DNA of 64,000 nucleotides from Deltaproteobacteria bacterium (GTDB lineage Bacteria; Myxococcota; Kuafuiibacteriia; Kuafuiibacteriales; Kuafuiibacteriaceae): NCBI GenBank assembly GCA_040218735.1, contig JAVJQW010000015.1, positions 32,001 to 96,000 of the forward strand, read 5' to 3'. Shown piece by piece: positions 55,744 to 64,000 of this stretch (position 1 is its first letter; each line of letters starts with the position of its first letter). The notes under the pieces were generated by a model. It saw only the letters and a program-made list of their open reading frames with translations, ran no database searches and was not told where the DNA came from. The position numbers and the translations under genes were made by a program.

Positions 55744-56931
55744 ATGAAATATCTCGTCCTCGCCCTGTTCCTCCTCACTGCCGTCGCGGCGCCGACTTCG
55801 GCGGAGGCGATCCCCGCCTTCGCGCGAACCTACGGTGTTCCGTGCTCGACCTGTCACATCGCGATCACGCGTCGTAACGAATTCGGCGATGCGTTCCGCA
55901 AGGCAGGGTACCGGTGGCCGGGCGAAGCCGCATCCGACCGCCGCGCCCGAAGCACCCCGGACGTCGAGATGAAGGGGATCGGACTCGTGAGTGGCGCACT
56001 CCCCGGTTGGTTGCCGCTGTCGCTCTCGGCCTCCCTCTCCGGCGCCTACACGAACGACGCGGCCGTCGAGGACCCCGTAGTCCTCGGAAGTCCGTCCTTC
56101 AACCTCCTCTTTGGTGGCGCGTTCTCGGACCACCTCTCCTTCTTCGGGACCTGGGCGGGGAAGGGGAGCCCCAACGAGCTCTACCTTCATGCCGGCCGTC
56201 TGTTCGGTCGCAAGGAGCTCAACCTTCGAGTCGGCCTCTTCGAGCAGACCACGACGCTCGCGAAGAACAACGAGGCGCTCCTCACCAAGTTCGTGGTCGG
56301 TACCGGGAGTATCAACGGGCACGTCGTCGCCACGGGACGAATCGGCGCGGAGCTCAACGGACAACTGTTCGACCGAACCTTCTACGCAGTAGGCGCGGTT
56401 CAGAACGGTGGGGTGGGTTCGAACGTCGACGCCTACTACAGCGTGAGTCAGAAAATCGGCGGAATCACCCTCGACGGCGAGGAGCCGGATATCGACCTCG
56501 ACGAGCCCAGCGTCCTCGACGACATCATCCTGACGGTCTCGCACTTCGGTTACATCGGTGTGGTCGAGGATGACGCCGGTACGGATCTGACTTTGGTGCG
56601 CCGCCTCGGTGTCGAGGCTCGATTCGAGCTCTACCGGTTCGCGTTCTGGACGGGGGCGATGGTGGGGCTCGACCAGGACGTCCCCCAGAACATTCCCGCC
56701 CCCAGCATCACGTGTTACGGCGAGGCCACCTACGCGTTCCTCCCGTGGCTCGTCGGGATGTACGCGTATCAGTACCAGGACGCGGCGTCGTTCGAGCGCG
56801 AGGTGCAGCGCCATGACTTCGGTGCGGTCCTGATCCTCCCGGAGAACGTCCGTGCGCGGGCCAAGTTCGGCTTCACCGACGATGGCGAGCGCAACGAGGT
56901 CGCCGAGCTCCAGCTCTTGATGGGTATTTGA
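55744..56931 (+). CDS. Cyc2-like monoheme cytochrome c-porin fusion
   Basis: Signal peptide then AIPAFARTYGVPCSTCH...NEFG..F...GY, followed by amphipathic beta strands. Confidence 0.7.
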   Translation: MKYLVLALFLLTAVAAPTSAEAIPAFARTYGVPCSTCHIAITRRNEFGDAFRKAGYRWPGEAASDRRARSTPDVEMKGIGLVSGALPGWLPLSLSASLSGAYTNDAAVEDPVVLGSPSFNLLFGGAFSDHLSFFGTWAGKGSPNELYLHAGRLFGRKELNLRVGLFEQTTTLAKNNEALLTKFVVGTGSINGHVVATGRIGAELNGQLFDRTFYAVGAVQNGGVGSNVDAYYSVSQKIGGITLDGEEPDIDLDEPSVLDDIILTVSHFGYIGVVEDDAGTDLTLVRRLGVEARFELYRFAFWTGAMVGLDQDVPQNIPAPSITCYGEATYAFLPWLVGMYAYQYQDAASFEREVQRHDFGAVLILPENVRARAKFGFTDDGERNEVAELQLLMGI

Positions 56932-56938
56932 GGAAGAC

Positions 56939-59596
56939 ATGAACACCCCCGTTCGATTCGGCCTGCGGGCTCGACTACTCACCCTCACGGTCGGACTGTC
57001 CGTCGTGACCTCTGCGGGCGTGTGGTTCGTGACCACGCAGATGACTCGGAGCGCGCTCCTCGACGCTTCGATGAACGAGTTGGCCATTGGCTCGAAGAAC
57101 CTGGCTCGCACGATCTCCGACAACCTACAGGACACCTACGCCGACGCGGTGACCTCGGCGCGACTCGACATCGTCGCTCAGGCGATCGACTCGGGGGACC
57201 CGAAGAACTTCCGATGGTACGCGTCCGAGCTCGTTCGGACCAAGCCGAGGTACGTCGCGATCGTCGCGGCCGACCTCGACCACCGGATCATCGATGCTCG
57301 AATCCCGAAGGGTCGAAAGGCCCTCGCAACCGGCGCCGTCTTGAAGGCGCCGTGGGCCGAGGCGGCGCTGGACGCCAAGGTCGGCGAGGGCGTCTTCGTT
57401 CCGCCGTCGCGCCCCGACTGGTTGGCTCCGTCCCTCGCCGAGGGGGAGCGCGTCGTCGGCTTCAGCCTCCCGGTCGTCGATGTGCTCGATGAGCCCGTCG
57501 GGACCCTGACGATCTTGTCGTCGCTCGATCACGTTGGTGGCGTCCTCGACGGCTTCTCGCGCAGCAAGGGCGCCGCCCTCGCCGCCGTCGCCGTGCTCGC
57601 GACCGCTGAAGGTGAGCTGCTCGCTGCGCCGGATGGCGCCCGAGCTTGGGGGCGCGTGGATGGCTATTCGGCCTCCACGACGTGGAACGCTCCCGACGGG
57701 AACGCATTCGCGACCAAGGCCACGCCGCTCGAGGGCGTGATGGGCGTCGATGGCTGGCGCGTCGTTGCCATGCAGAGTGAAGCGACGCTCGACGCGCCGG
57801 TCGCCGCGATGGGTTTCCGACTCCTCGCCGCGTTCGGTCTCGGCCTGCTACTCACCGCGCTGGGGATGGTGCTCGTGAGTCAACGCATCGTCGACCCGAT
57901 CCGCCGTTTGATGGCGGCGACGCAGAAGGGTGATCGCGTGAGTGACATCCCAACGATCGCGGTTTCGTCGCGTGATGAGGTCGGCGTGCTCACCGAGTCG
58001 TTCAACCGGATGATCGAAGCGGTGCGTGACTACGAGGTGGGCCTGGAGCGCAAGGTCGAGGAGCGCACCGAAGCGCTCACGCGCGCGCAGCGTGAGATGC
58101 AGGACATCCTGGACAACGTTTCGCAGGGCATGTTCACGGTGGGGCGTGATGGTTCCGTGAACGGAGGCTACTCGGCCTTCACCGTGGAGGTCCTGGGCAC
58201 GGAGGACGTTCGAGGCCGACAGGCGCTCGATCTGTTGCAGGTGTCGGAGTCTCGCGATGTCATGACGACTTCGCGCATGAAGTTCTGGCTCGAGAACGTC
58301 TTCGGCGCGGATGAGTTGCAGTGGATGCTCGCGGAGGACGAACCGGTCAAATCATGGGAGCTCGAGGGCCAGGATGGGACCGCCAAGACGCTCGCGCTGG
58401 AGTACGCGCCCATCTACGAGGACGACGAGGTCGACAAGATCATGGTGGTGGCCAAGGACGTCACCGCGATCAAGGCGCTCGAGGCCGAGGTCGCGCAACA
58501 GGCTTCGAGCCTGTCGCGCATGTCCGAGATCGCCACCTTGGATCCGGAGCTCCTCGACACGTTCCTGACCGAGACGAAGGAGATCCTGGCGCTCTCGGGC
58601 GAGGCCGTCGAGCGCATCGAGGTGGATCCCGGCGACAAGTCGGCCATTCACGCGCTCTTCCGCCAGGTCCACACCATCAAGGGCAACGCGCGGGTGTTCG
58701 ACATTCGCAGCGTTCAGGATCACGCGCACCGCGTGGAGTCGGACCTCGCTCCGCTCCGCGAAGGCACGGAACCACTGACGCCCGAACAGGTGGCCGACGT
58801 GAAGTCGCGCATCGTGAGCATCGGCGCGCTGGTGCAGGAGATCGAAGCCCTCGCACGTCCGATCCTCGATCGGCGCAGCCCGGCCGCGCACAAGCGCCTC
58901 GACGAAGCCACGGTCGAGAAGGTCACGAAGACGTTCGCCGCGTTGCGACGAGATCTCGACGACGGCGTCTCACTCGACGATTCGCTGCGCGAGCTGGGCG
59001 CGGCGGTTCGCGGCCTCTCCATGCAGCGGCTCGACGAAACCTTCGAGCGGCTGGAGAAGATGGTCGTCGATCTCGCGCGAGAGCTCGACAAACCGCTCGC
59101 GGGGCTCCACTTGGACTGCGGCGATCTGCGCGTCGAGCGAAGTGCGGCGGATGCACTCCGCGACGCGCTGCTGCACATCCTCCGCAACGCCGTCGACCAC
59201 GGTATCGAGTCGGCCGATGAGCGCCGCGCCGCCGGTAAGCCGGAGCAGGCGAAACTCGAGCTCGTCGCTCGGATGGTGGACGACGAGCTCGTCGTGGAGG
59301 TTCGTGACGACGGGCGGGGGATCGACAAGGAGCGCGTACGCGCAGCCGCGAAGCGTCGCGACGTAGCGGACACCGGCGCCCTCGAGTCCATGGTCACACA
59401 GGATCTTCTGCAGCTCGTCTTCGAGGCGGGCTTCTCTACGCGAGACGAGGTGAGTGACGTGTCCGGTCGTGGCGTCGGGATGGACGTTGTGGCGCAGGCC
59501 GTCCGCGAGCTTTCGGGGCGCACAGAGCTGTCTTCGTCGCTCGGCGCCGGGACTCAGCTTTCGATCGTCGTGCCCCGAGGCGCAGTCGGTCTCTGA
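56939..59596 (+). CDS. Membrane sensor kinase: Cache-HAMP-PAS-like-Hpt-CheA-type HATPase
   Basis: Two TM helices; HAMP SRDEVGVL..SFNRM; HTIKG; HILRNAVDHGIE, DDGRG, GFST..SGRGVGM; no CheW domain. Confidence 0.85.
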   Translation: MNTPVRFGLRARLLTLTVGLSVVTSAGVWFVTTQMTRSALLDASMNELAIGSKNLARTISDNLQDTYADAVTSARLDIVAQAIDSGDPKNFRWYASELVRTKPRYVAIVAADLDHRIIDARIPKGRKALATGAVLKAPWAEAALDAKVGEGVFVPPSRPDWLAPSLAEGERVVGFSLPVVDVLDEPVGTLTILSSLDHVGGVLDGFSRSKGAALAAVAVLATAEGELLAAPDGARAWGRVDGYSASTTWNAPDGNAFATKATPLEGVMGVDGWRVVAMQSEATLDAPVAAMGFRLLAAFGLGLLLTALGMVLVSQRIVDPIRRLMAATQKGDRVSDIPTIAVSSRDEVGVLTESFNRMIEAVRDYEVGLERKVEERTEALTRAQREMQDILDNVSQGMFTVGRDGSVNGGYSAFTVEVLGTEDVRGRQALDLLQVSESRDVMTTSRMKFWLENVFGADELQWMLAEDEPVKSWELEGQDGTAKTLALEYAPIYEDDEVDKIMVVAKDVTAIKALEAEVAQQASSLSRMSEIATLDPELLDTFLTETKEILALSGEAVERIEVDPGDKSAIHALFRQVHTIKGNARVFDIRSVQDHAHRVESDLAPLREGTEPLTPEQVADVKSRIVSIGALVQEIEALARPILDRRSPAAHKRLDEATVEKVTKTFAALRRDLDDGVSLDDSLRELGAAVRGLSMQRLDETFERLEKMVVDLARELDKPLAGLHLDCGDLRVERSAADALRDALLHILRNAVDHGIESADERRAAGKPEQAKLELVARMVDDELVVEVRDDGRGIDKERVRAAAKRRDVADTGALESMVTQDLLQLVFEAGFSTRDEVSDVSGRGVGMDVVAQAVRELSGRTELSSSLGAGTQLSIVVPRGAVGL

Positions 59597-59641
59597 CGTC
59601 GGCGTGGCGCGGGGCCTTCGCTCGGAGTATCGAGATCCTGC

Positions 59642-60625
59642 ATGGACTTCGCGACGCTCCCGCAGCCGGTCGAAACGGACGTCGAGTCGAGGGTCGATCC
59701 CCTCGTCGTGGTTCACGGCGGCGCGGGGACGATCGACCGCGCGTCGATGACCGACGCGAAGCGCGACGAGGTCGTCGCGGCCCTGCACGCCGCAGCCAAG
59801 CTCGCCTGGGATCACGCCGCGCGCGGAGGCCGTGCGCTCGACGCCGCGCAGCTCGCGGTGATGTCGATGGAGGCGGCGCCGGTCTTCAACGCGGGGGTCG
59901 GCGCGGTGTTTCGCAGCGACGGGACGCACCGACACGACGCATCGATCGTCGACGGCGCGACGCGTGCGTACGGAGCGGTCACCCAGATCACCACGACCTT
60001 ATTCCCGATCGCCGCGGCGCGGTGGGCGTTCGAACACCGCCGAGATCGCGCCGGGCTCTTCCTCGCGGGCGCCGACGCCGACGCGCTCGCGAACGACTGC
60101 GGTGTGCCCCAAGTCGACAACGCCGCGTTCGCCACGCCACACCGTCGCGAGCAGTGGGAGCGTGCGCGCGCCGCGGGCTCCGTGCACCTCGACCACGACG
60201 GCAAGCTTGGCACCGTCGGTGCCGTCGTCCGCGATCGTTCGGGACGTCTCGCCGCCGCGACCTCGACCGGCGGGATGACCAACGCCGAGCCCGCGCGGAT
60301 CGGCGACTCCGCGATCGTCGGCGCGGGGACGTGGGCCGACGCGCGCTGCGCGATCTCCTGCACCGGCGAAGGGGAGACGTTGCTCGCCCACGCGGTCGCC
60401 GCCCGCGTCGCGGCGCGTGTCGAAGCGGGAGACGCGCTCGAAGTCGCGGCCGGCGCCGTCCTGGACGCGCTCCCCGCGGGCACCGGCGGCTTGATCGCGG
60501 TGAGCGCCGACGGGGTGCTGATCGATCCGCGCAACACCGGCGGCATGTACCGCGCGCGCGTGGACGGGCAGGGCCGGTGCGTGGTCGCGATCTACGACGA
60601 CGAGATCCCCCTGGGCGCGGCCTGA
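59642..60625 (+). CDS. iaaA: Isoaspartyl peptidase / L-asparaginase (Ntn hydrolase)
   Basis: HGGAG, FNAG.G, GTVGAV, TSTGG, RIGDS, CTGEGE. Confidence 0.85.
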   Translation: MDFATLPQPVETDVESRVDPLVVVHGGAGTIDRASMTDAKRDEVVAALHAAAKLAWDHAARGGRALDAAQLAVMSMEAAPVFNAGVGAVFRSDGTHRHDASIVDGATRAYGAVTQITTTLFPIAAARWAFEHRRDRAGLFLAGADADALANDCGVPQVDNAAFATPHRREQWERARAAGSVHLDHDGKLGTVGAVVRDRSGRLAAATSTGGMTNAEPARIGDSAIVGAGTWADARCAISCTGEGETLLAHAVAARVAARVEAGDALEVAAGAVLDALPAGTGGLIAVSADGVLIDPRNTGGMYRARVDGQGRCVVAIYDDEIPLGAA

Positions 60626-60757
60626 CCTGGCCGCGAACGTTTCGGCTCGGTGCAGCACGTTTCGCCGCGTGCAACCCGAACACCCCCGATGCAATCGAGG
60701 CTCCGGGCTCCCGCGTCTGGCACGACTTATGCGAACCAGCGCCGCCGAGGGAACCCC

Positions 60758-61306
60758 ATGAAGAACGTCAAACAGATCCTCGTCGCGGTCGACTTCTCCG
60801 ACTGCTCCCACGCGCTCGCCAACCAGGCCGCGCAGCTCGCGGCCAAGCTCGACGCCCGGCTCGTCTTCCTGAACGTCGTCGCGCCCCCCTCGGGCCTCGA
60901 TCCGGATGCGATCATCTTCCCCAGCCAGGGCGACGAAGGGGTCGGCGTCCTGAGTTATCTGAAGACCGACGCCGAACGTAAGATGCCGCGTTACATCGAA
61001 GACGCGGCGAACCGCGAAGGTGTGCCGGCCACGTGCAAGGTGGTCGTCGGCTCACCCGTCGAGACGATCCTCGCCGAGGCGAGCGCCCTCCCGGCCGACA
61101 TCATCTTCCTCGGCTCCCACGGTCGCACCGGTCTCAACCGTCTCGTCCTCGGGAGCGTCTCGGAGCGCGTTCTCCGGCACGCCGAGGTCCCGTGCATGGT
61201 CGTTCGGAACATCCACCGCCACGAGTGCGAAGCGTCGAGCTGCGCCACGTGTGCGTCGGGGACGAGCGACCCCACGCGCCAAGCGCGCGCCGAGCTCGAC
61301 GGCTGA
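60758..61306 (+). CDS. Universal stress protein with a Cys/His C-terminal tail
   Basis: ILVAVDFS, GSHGRTG...LGSVSE.V. Confidence 0.85.
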   Translation: MKNVKQILVAVDFSDCSHALANQAAQLAAKLDARLVFLNVVAPPSGLDPDAIIFPSQGDEGVGVLSYLKTDAERKMPRYIEDAANREGVPATCKVVVGSPVETILAEASALPADIIFLGSHGRTGLNRLVLGSVSERVLRHAEVPCMVVRNIHRHECEASSCATCASGTSDPTRQARAELDG

Positions 61307-61326
61307 CGTGATGGCCCGCGCCCTGG

Positions 61327-61872
61327 TTGCAACCGACGCGACCGACCCCCTACGGTGTCCAGGTGATTCGCGCCGGCGTCGTCGTTCAATGGGCCCTTCC
61401 CCTCGTCTGCCTCGCGGCCGGGTTTGGCATCGCACGCCAGGCCGTGCTCGAGCGTCACGGCTGCCCCTGCGGTGACGCCGCTCCCGAACCACTCGCCGCC
61501 CCCACACCGCCCGAGGCTCCGGAGCCCCGCGAGGCGTTGACGTACGTCCCGCGTCGCACCGTCGAGGTCGACGAGAGCCTCCCGCGCCAGCTCACCGACT
61601 CCGACGTGCTCGGCGTCCTCCGTGAGCACCGCGTCGCGATCCGCAACTGTCTGCGGGCGCACCAAGCGTCCACGTCGAACCTCGAAGGTGAGATGAAGGT
61701 GAAGCTCCTGATCCCCAGGAGCGGTCGCGCGACACGGGTGTCCGTCTCCCCCGCCAGGTTCCGTGCGTCCGTCGTCGGTCAGTGCGTAGCGCGCGAGGTG
61801 AAGACGTGGCGCTTCCCGGCGTTCAGCGGTCCGTGGATGCCGATCGACTTCCCGGTCACCGTTCGGCGTTAG
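61327..61872 (+). CDS. AgmX/PglI C-terminal (TonB-C-like) domain membrane protein
   Basis: TM helix, Pro-rich linker, IRNC...G.M.V.L.I..SG...V..CV...VKTWRFP...FP; start uncertain. Confidence 0.65.
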   Translation: MQPTRPTPYGVQVIRAGVVVQWALPLVCLAAGFGIARQAVLERHGCPCGDAAPEPLAAPTPPEAPEPREALTYVPRRTVEVDESLPRQLTDSDVLGVLREHRVAIRNCLRAHQASTSNLEGEMKVKLLIPRSGRATRVSVSPARFRASVVGQCVAREVKTWRFPAFSGPWMPIDFPVTVRR

Positions 61873-62393
61873 CTGCCGCGCGTGCGCTCCGCGGCGGTCG
61901 CGCGCATCGACTCTAGCAACCGCGCCAGCACGGGCGACGCGTTCCCCTCGCGGTAGATGCAACACAGGTCGATGTGCGGGCGCGGTTTGTCGTGCAGCGG
62001 CCGATACGCCACGCCCGGCACGTGGAGGTTCGTCGCCGATCGCGGCACCAGACACAGCGCCCCGCCGGTCGCGACGTGCGCGATGCCGTGCACCACGTCC
62101 GAGACCGCGGCGACGACCTCCGGCTCGAAGCCGACGCCGCGGCAGAGGTCGAGGAAGTAGTCGATGAAGCTCGGGCGCACGCCGGTCGGGAACACGACGA
62201 CGGGGTGCCCTTCCAGCTCGGCGAGATCGATCGCGGTGCGCGCTGCGAGCGGATGATCGCTCGGCGCCGCGACGAACAGCGGCTCCGTGAGCAAAACCTC
62301 CGAGGTCAACCCGGGGATGGGGCGCATCAACCGGTTGAAGGCGAGGTCGATGCGGTCGGCCTCGAGCGCTTCGAGTTGTTCGGCCTTGTTCAT
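61869..62393 (-). pseudogene. LysR substrate-binding domain lacking the N-terminal HTH (truncated regulator)
   Basis: EQLEALEADRIDLAF.R, EPLFVA.P.DHPLA, GF.P.V, V..G....LVP.S; the upstream in-frame sequence is not HTH-like. Confidence 0.6.
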
Positions 62394-62470
62394 GTTGTGC
62401 TCTCTCCCGAGGCGTCCGCGATGACGGGTTCGACGATGATGCTCGATGCGGGGCGGCGACGGGGCCTCCC

Positions 62471-62833
62471 GTGACGCGCTTCGTGTGTACGGTCGAGAGC
62501 GAAGATGGCGAACGCGTCGACGTCCGAGTCCGGCCCGACCAGCACCTCCTCGCCGCCCTCGCGGCGCGTGGGTTGGCGGTGGTGCCCGTCGGCTGTCGCG
62601 GCGGTGGGTGTGGTGTCTGCCGCGTACGTGTCTTGGCCGGCGACTACACCTGCCGGCCGATGAGCCAACGTCACGTCAGCGCCGAGGCTCGTGGGGAAGG
62701 TTATGCGCTCGCCTGCCGCGTGTACCCGCGAGGTGATCTCGTCGTCCGGTGCGCCAGCGCAGAGCCCGAGCGTGACCCCCTGGAGGCCGGCGAAGACGAT
62801 GGCGGCGGTGATGATGCCTTTCACGCTGGGTGA
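62471..62833 (+). CDS. Plant-type 2Fe-2S ferredoxin, XylT-like
   Basis: VPVGCRGGGCGVC.V.V..G.Y....MS..HV...LACRVYP. Confidence 0.8.
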   Translation: MTRFVCTVESEDGERVDVRVRPDQHLLAALAARGLAVVPVGCRGGGCGVCRVRVLAGDYTCRPMSQRHVSAEARGEGYALACRVYPRGDLVVRCASAEPERDPLEAGEDDGGGDDAFHAG

Positions 62834-62882
62834 GAGCCGCCGCGCGTGAACAGGATTCTCGGAGCGGGGCGAAAGACTGGGC

Positions 62883-63998
62883 TCAGCGATTCGCGAGCGC
62901 AACGAGGGTGTCCGCGAGGACCTGCGCGCCCGCCGCGACGTCGCTCGGGCGCGCGGCCTCCAGCTCGTTGTGGCTGATGCCGCGCTCACACGGCACGAAG
63001 ATCATCCCGCTCGGGCAGCGTAGCGAGAGCGCCATCGCGTCGTGGCCGGCGCCCGACACCATGCGCATCCACGACTGGCCCGACGCGCGGGCGGCGCGCT
63101 CGACCTCGTCGACGACGATCGGATCGAAGATCGTCGGTGGCACGTCCTCGGTGCGTTCGACGCTCGCCTGGCACGGAGCAGCGTCGGCGCACGCGGCTTC
63201 GATCGTCGCGGTCACGCGATCCAGCGTCGCTTGCTCCGGGTGGCGGAGATCGATCGTGAAGAAGACCCGCGACGGCACGGTGTTGGGTGTGCCGGGTTCG
63301 ACTTCGAAGCGTCCGACGGTGAATCGGATCGTGTCGTCCTCGTCGGTGGCGACCGCCTCCGCGGCGGCGATGATTCGTCGCGCGACGACGAAGGCGTCGC
63401 GCTTCGCGGCGCGCGGGGTCGTCCCGGCGTGGGCGGCTTCGCCGAGCACTTCGATGGCGAACCAGCGCAGCCCCTGCACCGAATCGACCACGCCGATCGT
63501 GGTGTCGGCCGCTTCGAGGCGCGGTCCCTGTTCGATGTGCGCCTCGACGTAGGCCGAGACGTCGAAGCCGGTGTCGCGCATGCGCACGTGAGGTGTCGCG
63601 CCGATCAGTCGTTGGATCTCCCCGGCGAGCTCGACGCCGTGGGCGTCGCGGAGGGGGCGGACCTCCTCGAGTGTGTGGTGGCCGCAGAAGAACTGCGAAC
63701 CCATCATGCCGGGCTGGAAGCGGCTGCCTTCCTCGTTCACCCACCCGACGGCCTCGATGCTCCGTCGGGTCTCGACGTTGGCGTCGCCGATGGCTTCGAT
63801 GGCTTCGAACGCGGCCATCACGCCGTAGGCGCCGTCGAACTTTCCGCCGGTGGGTTGGCTGTCGAGGTGGCTCCCGCTGATCACGGGGGGCGCGTCCGGG
63901 TCGGACCCAGGGCGACGCACGAAGAGGTTGCCGATCGCGTCGGTGCTGACCTCGAAGCCCAGGTCTTCCGCCCACCCGACGATCAGCTGGCGTGCGCT
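62883..63998 (-). CDS. M20 Zn-dependent amidohydrolase (allantoate amidohydrolase / beta-ureidopropionase-like), N-terminus beyond the window
   Basis: DAIGNLF, GSHLDSQPTGGKFDG, NEEGSRF, EAHIEQGP, HAGTTP, SGAGHDA, GISHN; frame stays open to the window end. Confidence 0.9.
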   Translation of the reverse strand, partial: SARQLIVGWAEDLGFEVSTDAIGNLFVRRPGSDPDAPPVISGSHLDSQPTGGKFDGAYGVMAAFEAIEAIGDANVETRRSIEAVGWVNEEGSRFQPGMMGSQFFCGHHTLEEVRPLRDAHGVELAGEIQRLIGATPHVRMRDTGFDVSAYVEAHIEQGPRLEAADTTIGVVDSVQGLRWFAIEVLGEAAHAGTTPRAAKRDAFVVARRIIAAAEAVATDEDDTIRFTVGRFEVEPGTPNTVPSRVFFTIDLRHPEQATLDRVTATIEAACADAAPCQASVERTEDVPPTIFDPIVVDEVERAARASGQSWMRMVSGAGHDAMALSLRCPSGMIFVPCERGISHNELEAARPSDVAAGAQVLADTLVALANR

Positions 63999-64000
63999 CG

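Noticed and set aside
62830-63552. 240-aa plus-strand ORF overlapping the ferredoxin stop
   Set aside because: Antisense to the well-supported M20 hydrolase; Ser/Ala-rich shadow translation.
1-64000. CRISPR arrays, tRNA/rRNA genes and clear Rho-independent terminators
   Set aside because: No regularly spaced repeats or RNA-gene signatures were seen by eye; intergenic gaps are short and lack convincing hairpin + U-tract structures. A tRNAscan/Infernal run would be needed to exclude small RNAs.

Overview
High-GC (roughly 70%), gene-dense bacterial DNA. Cys-rich lipoproteins, an AgmX/PglI-type domain and a TPR Ser/Thr kinase suggest Myxococcota or a relative (inference). I found about 45 CDS and no recognisable rRNA, tRNA, CRISPR array or transposase. 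The standout is a ~20.7 kb locus (8412-29102) that looks like a Sec/lipoprotein-exported, Tc (ABC)-toxin-like system. It contains: a signal-peptide-bearing SpvB/TcdB-midN/FG-GAP/Rhs (TcB-TcC-like) fusion with a Lys-rich C-terminal cargo and no immunity gene; a 1979-aa Cys-rich lipoprotein whose C-terminal half looks TcA-like; two more Cys-rich lipoproteins; a fibre-like secreted protein; an ECF43-type sigma factor paired with a Ser/Thr kinase; and a stand-alone copy of the kinase N-terminal domain. All three structural transcription units share a bipartite motif, CCGATGTCG-N16-T(T/G)CGGCTG, a strong candidate promoter for the local ECF sigma. Other notable parts are a Cyc2-like cytochrome-porin/cupredoxin/cytochrome c/di-heme peroxidase cluster next to a membrane-bound CheA-like sensor, an operon built around a FabH-like enzyme with a non-canonical catalytic triad, a lipid-modification cluster, exported phosphatases and hydrolases, and a remnant of an aromatic-degradation region. 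All family calls come from motif recognition by eye, not database searches.
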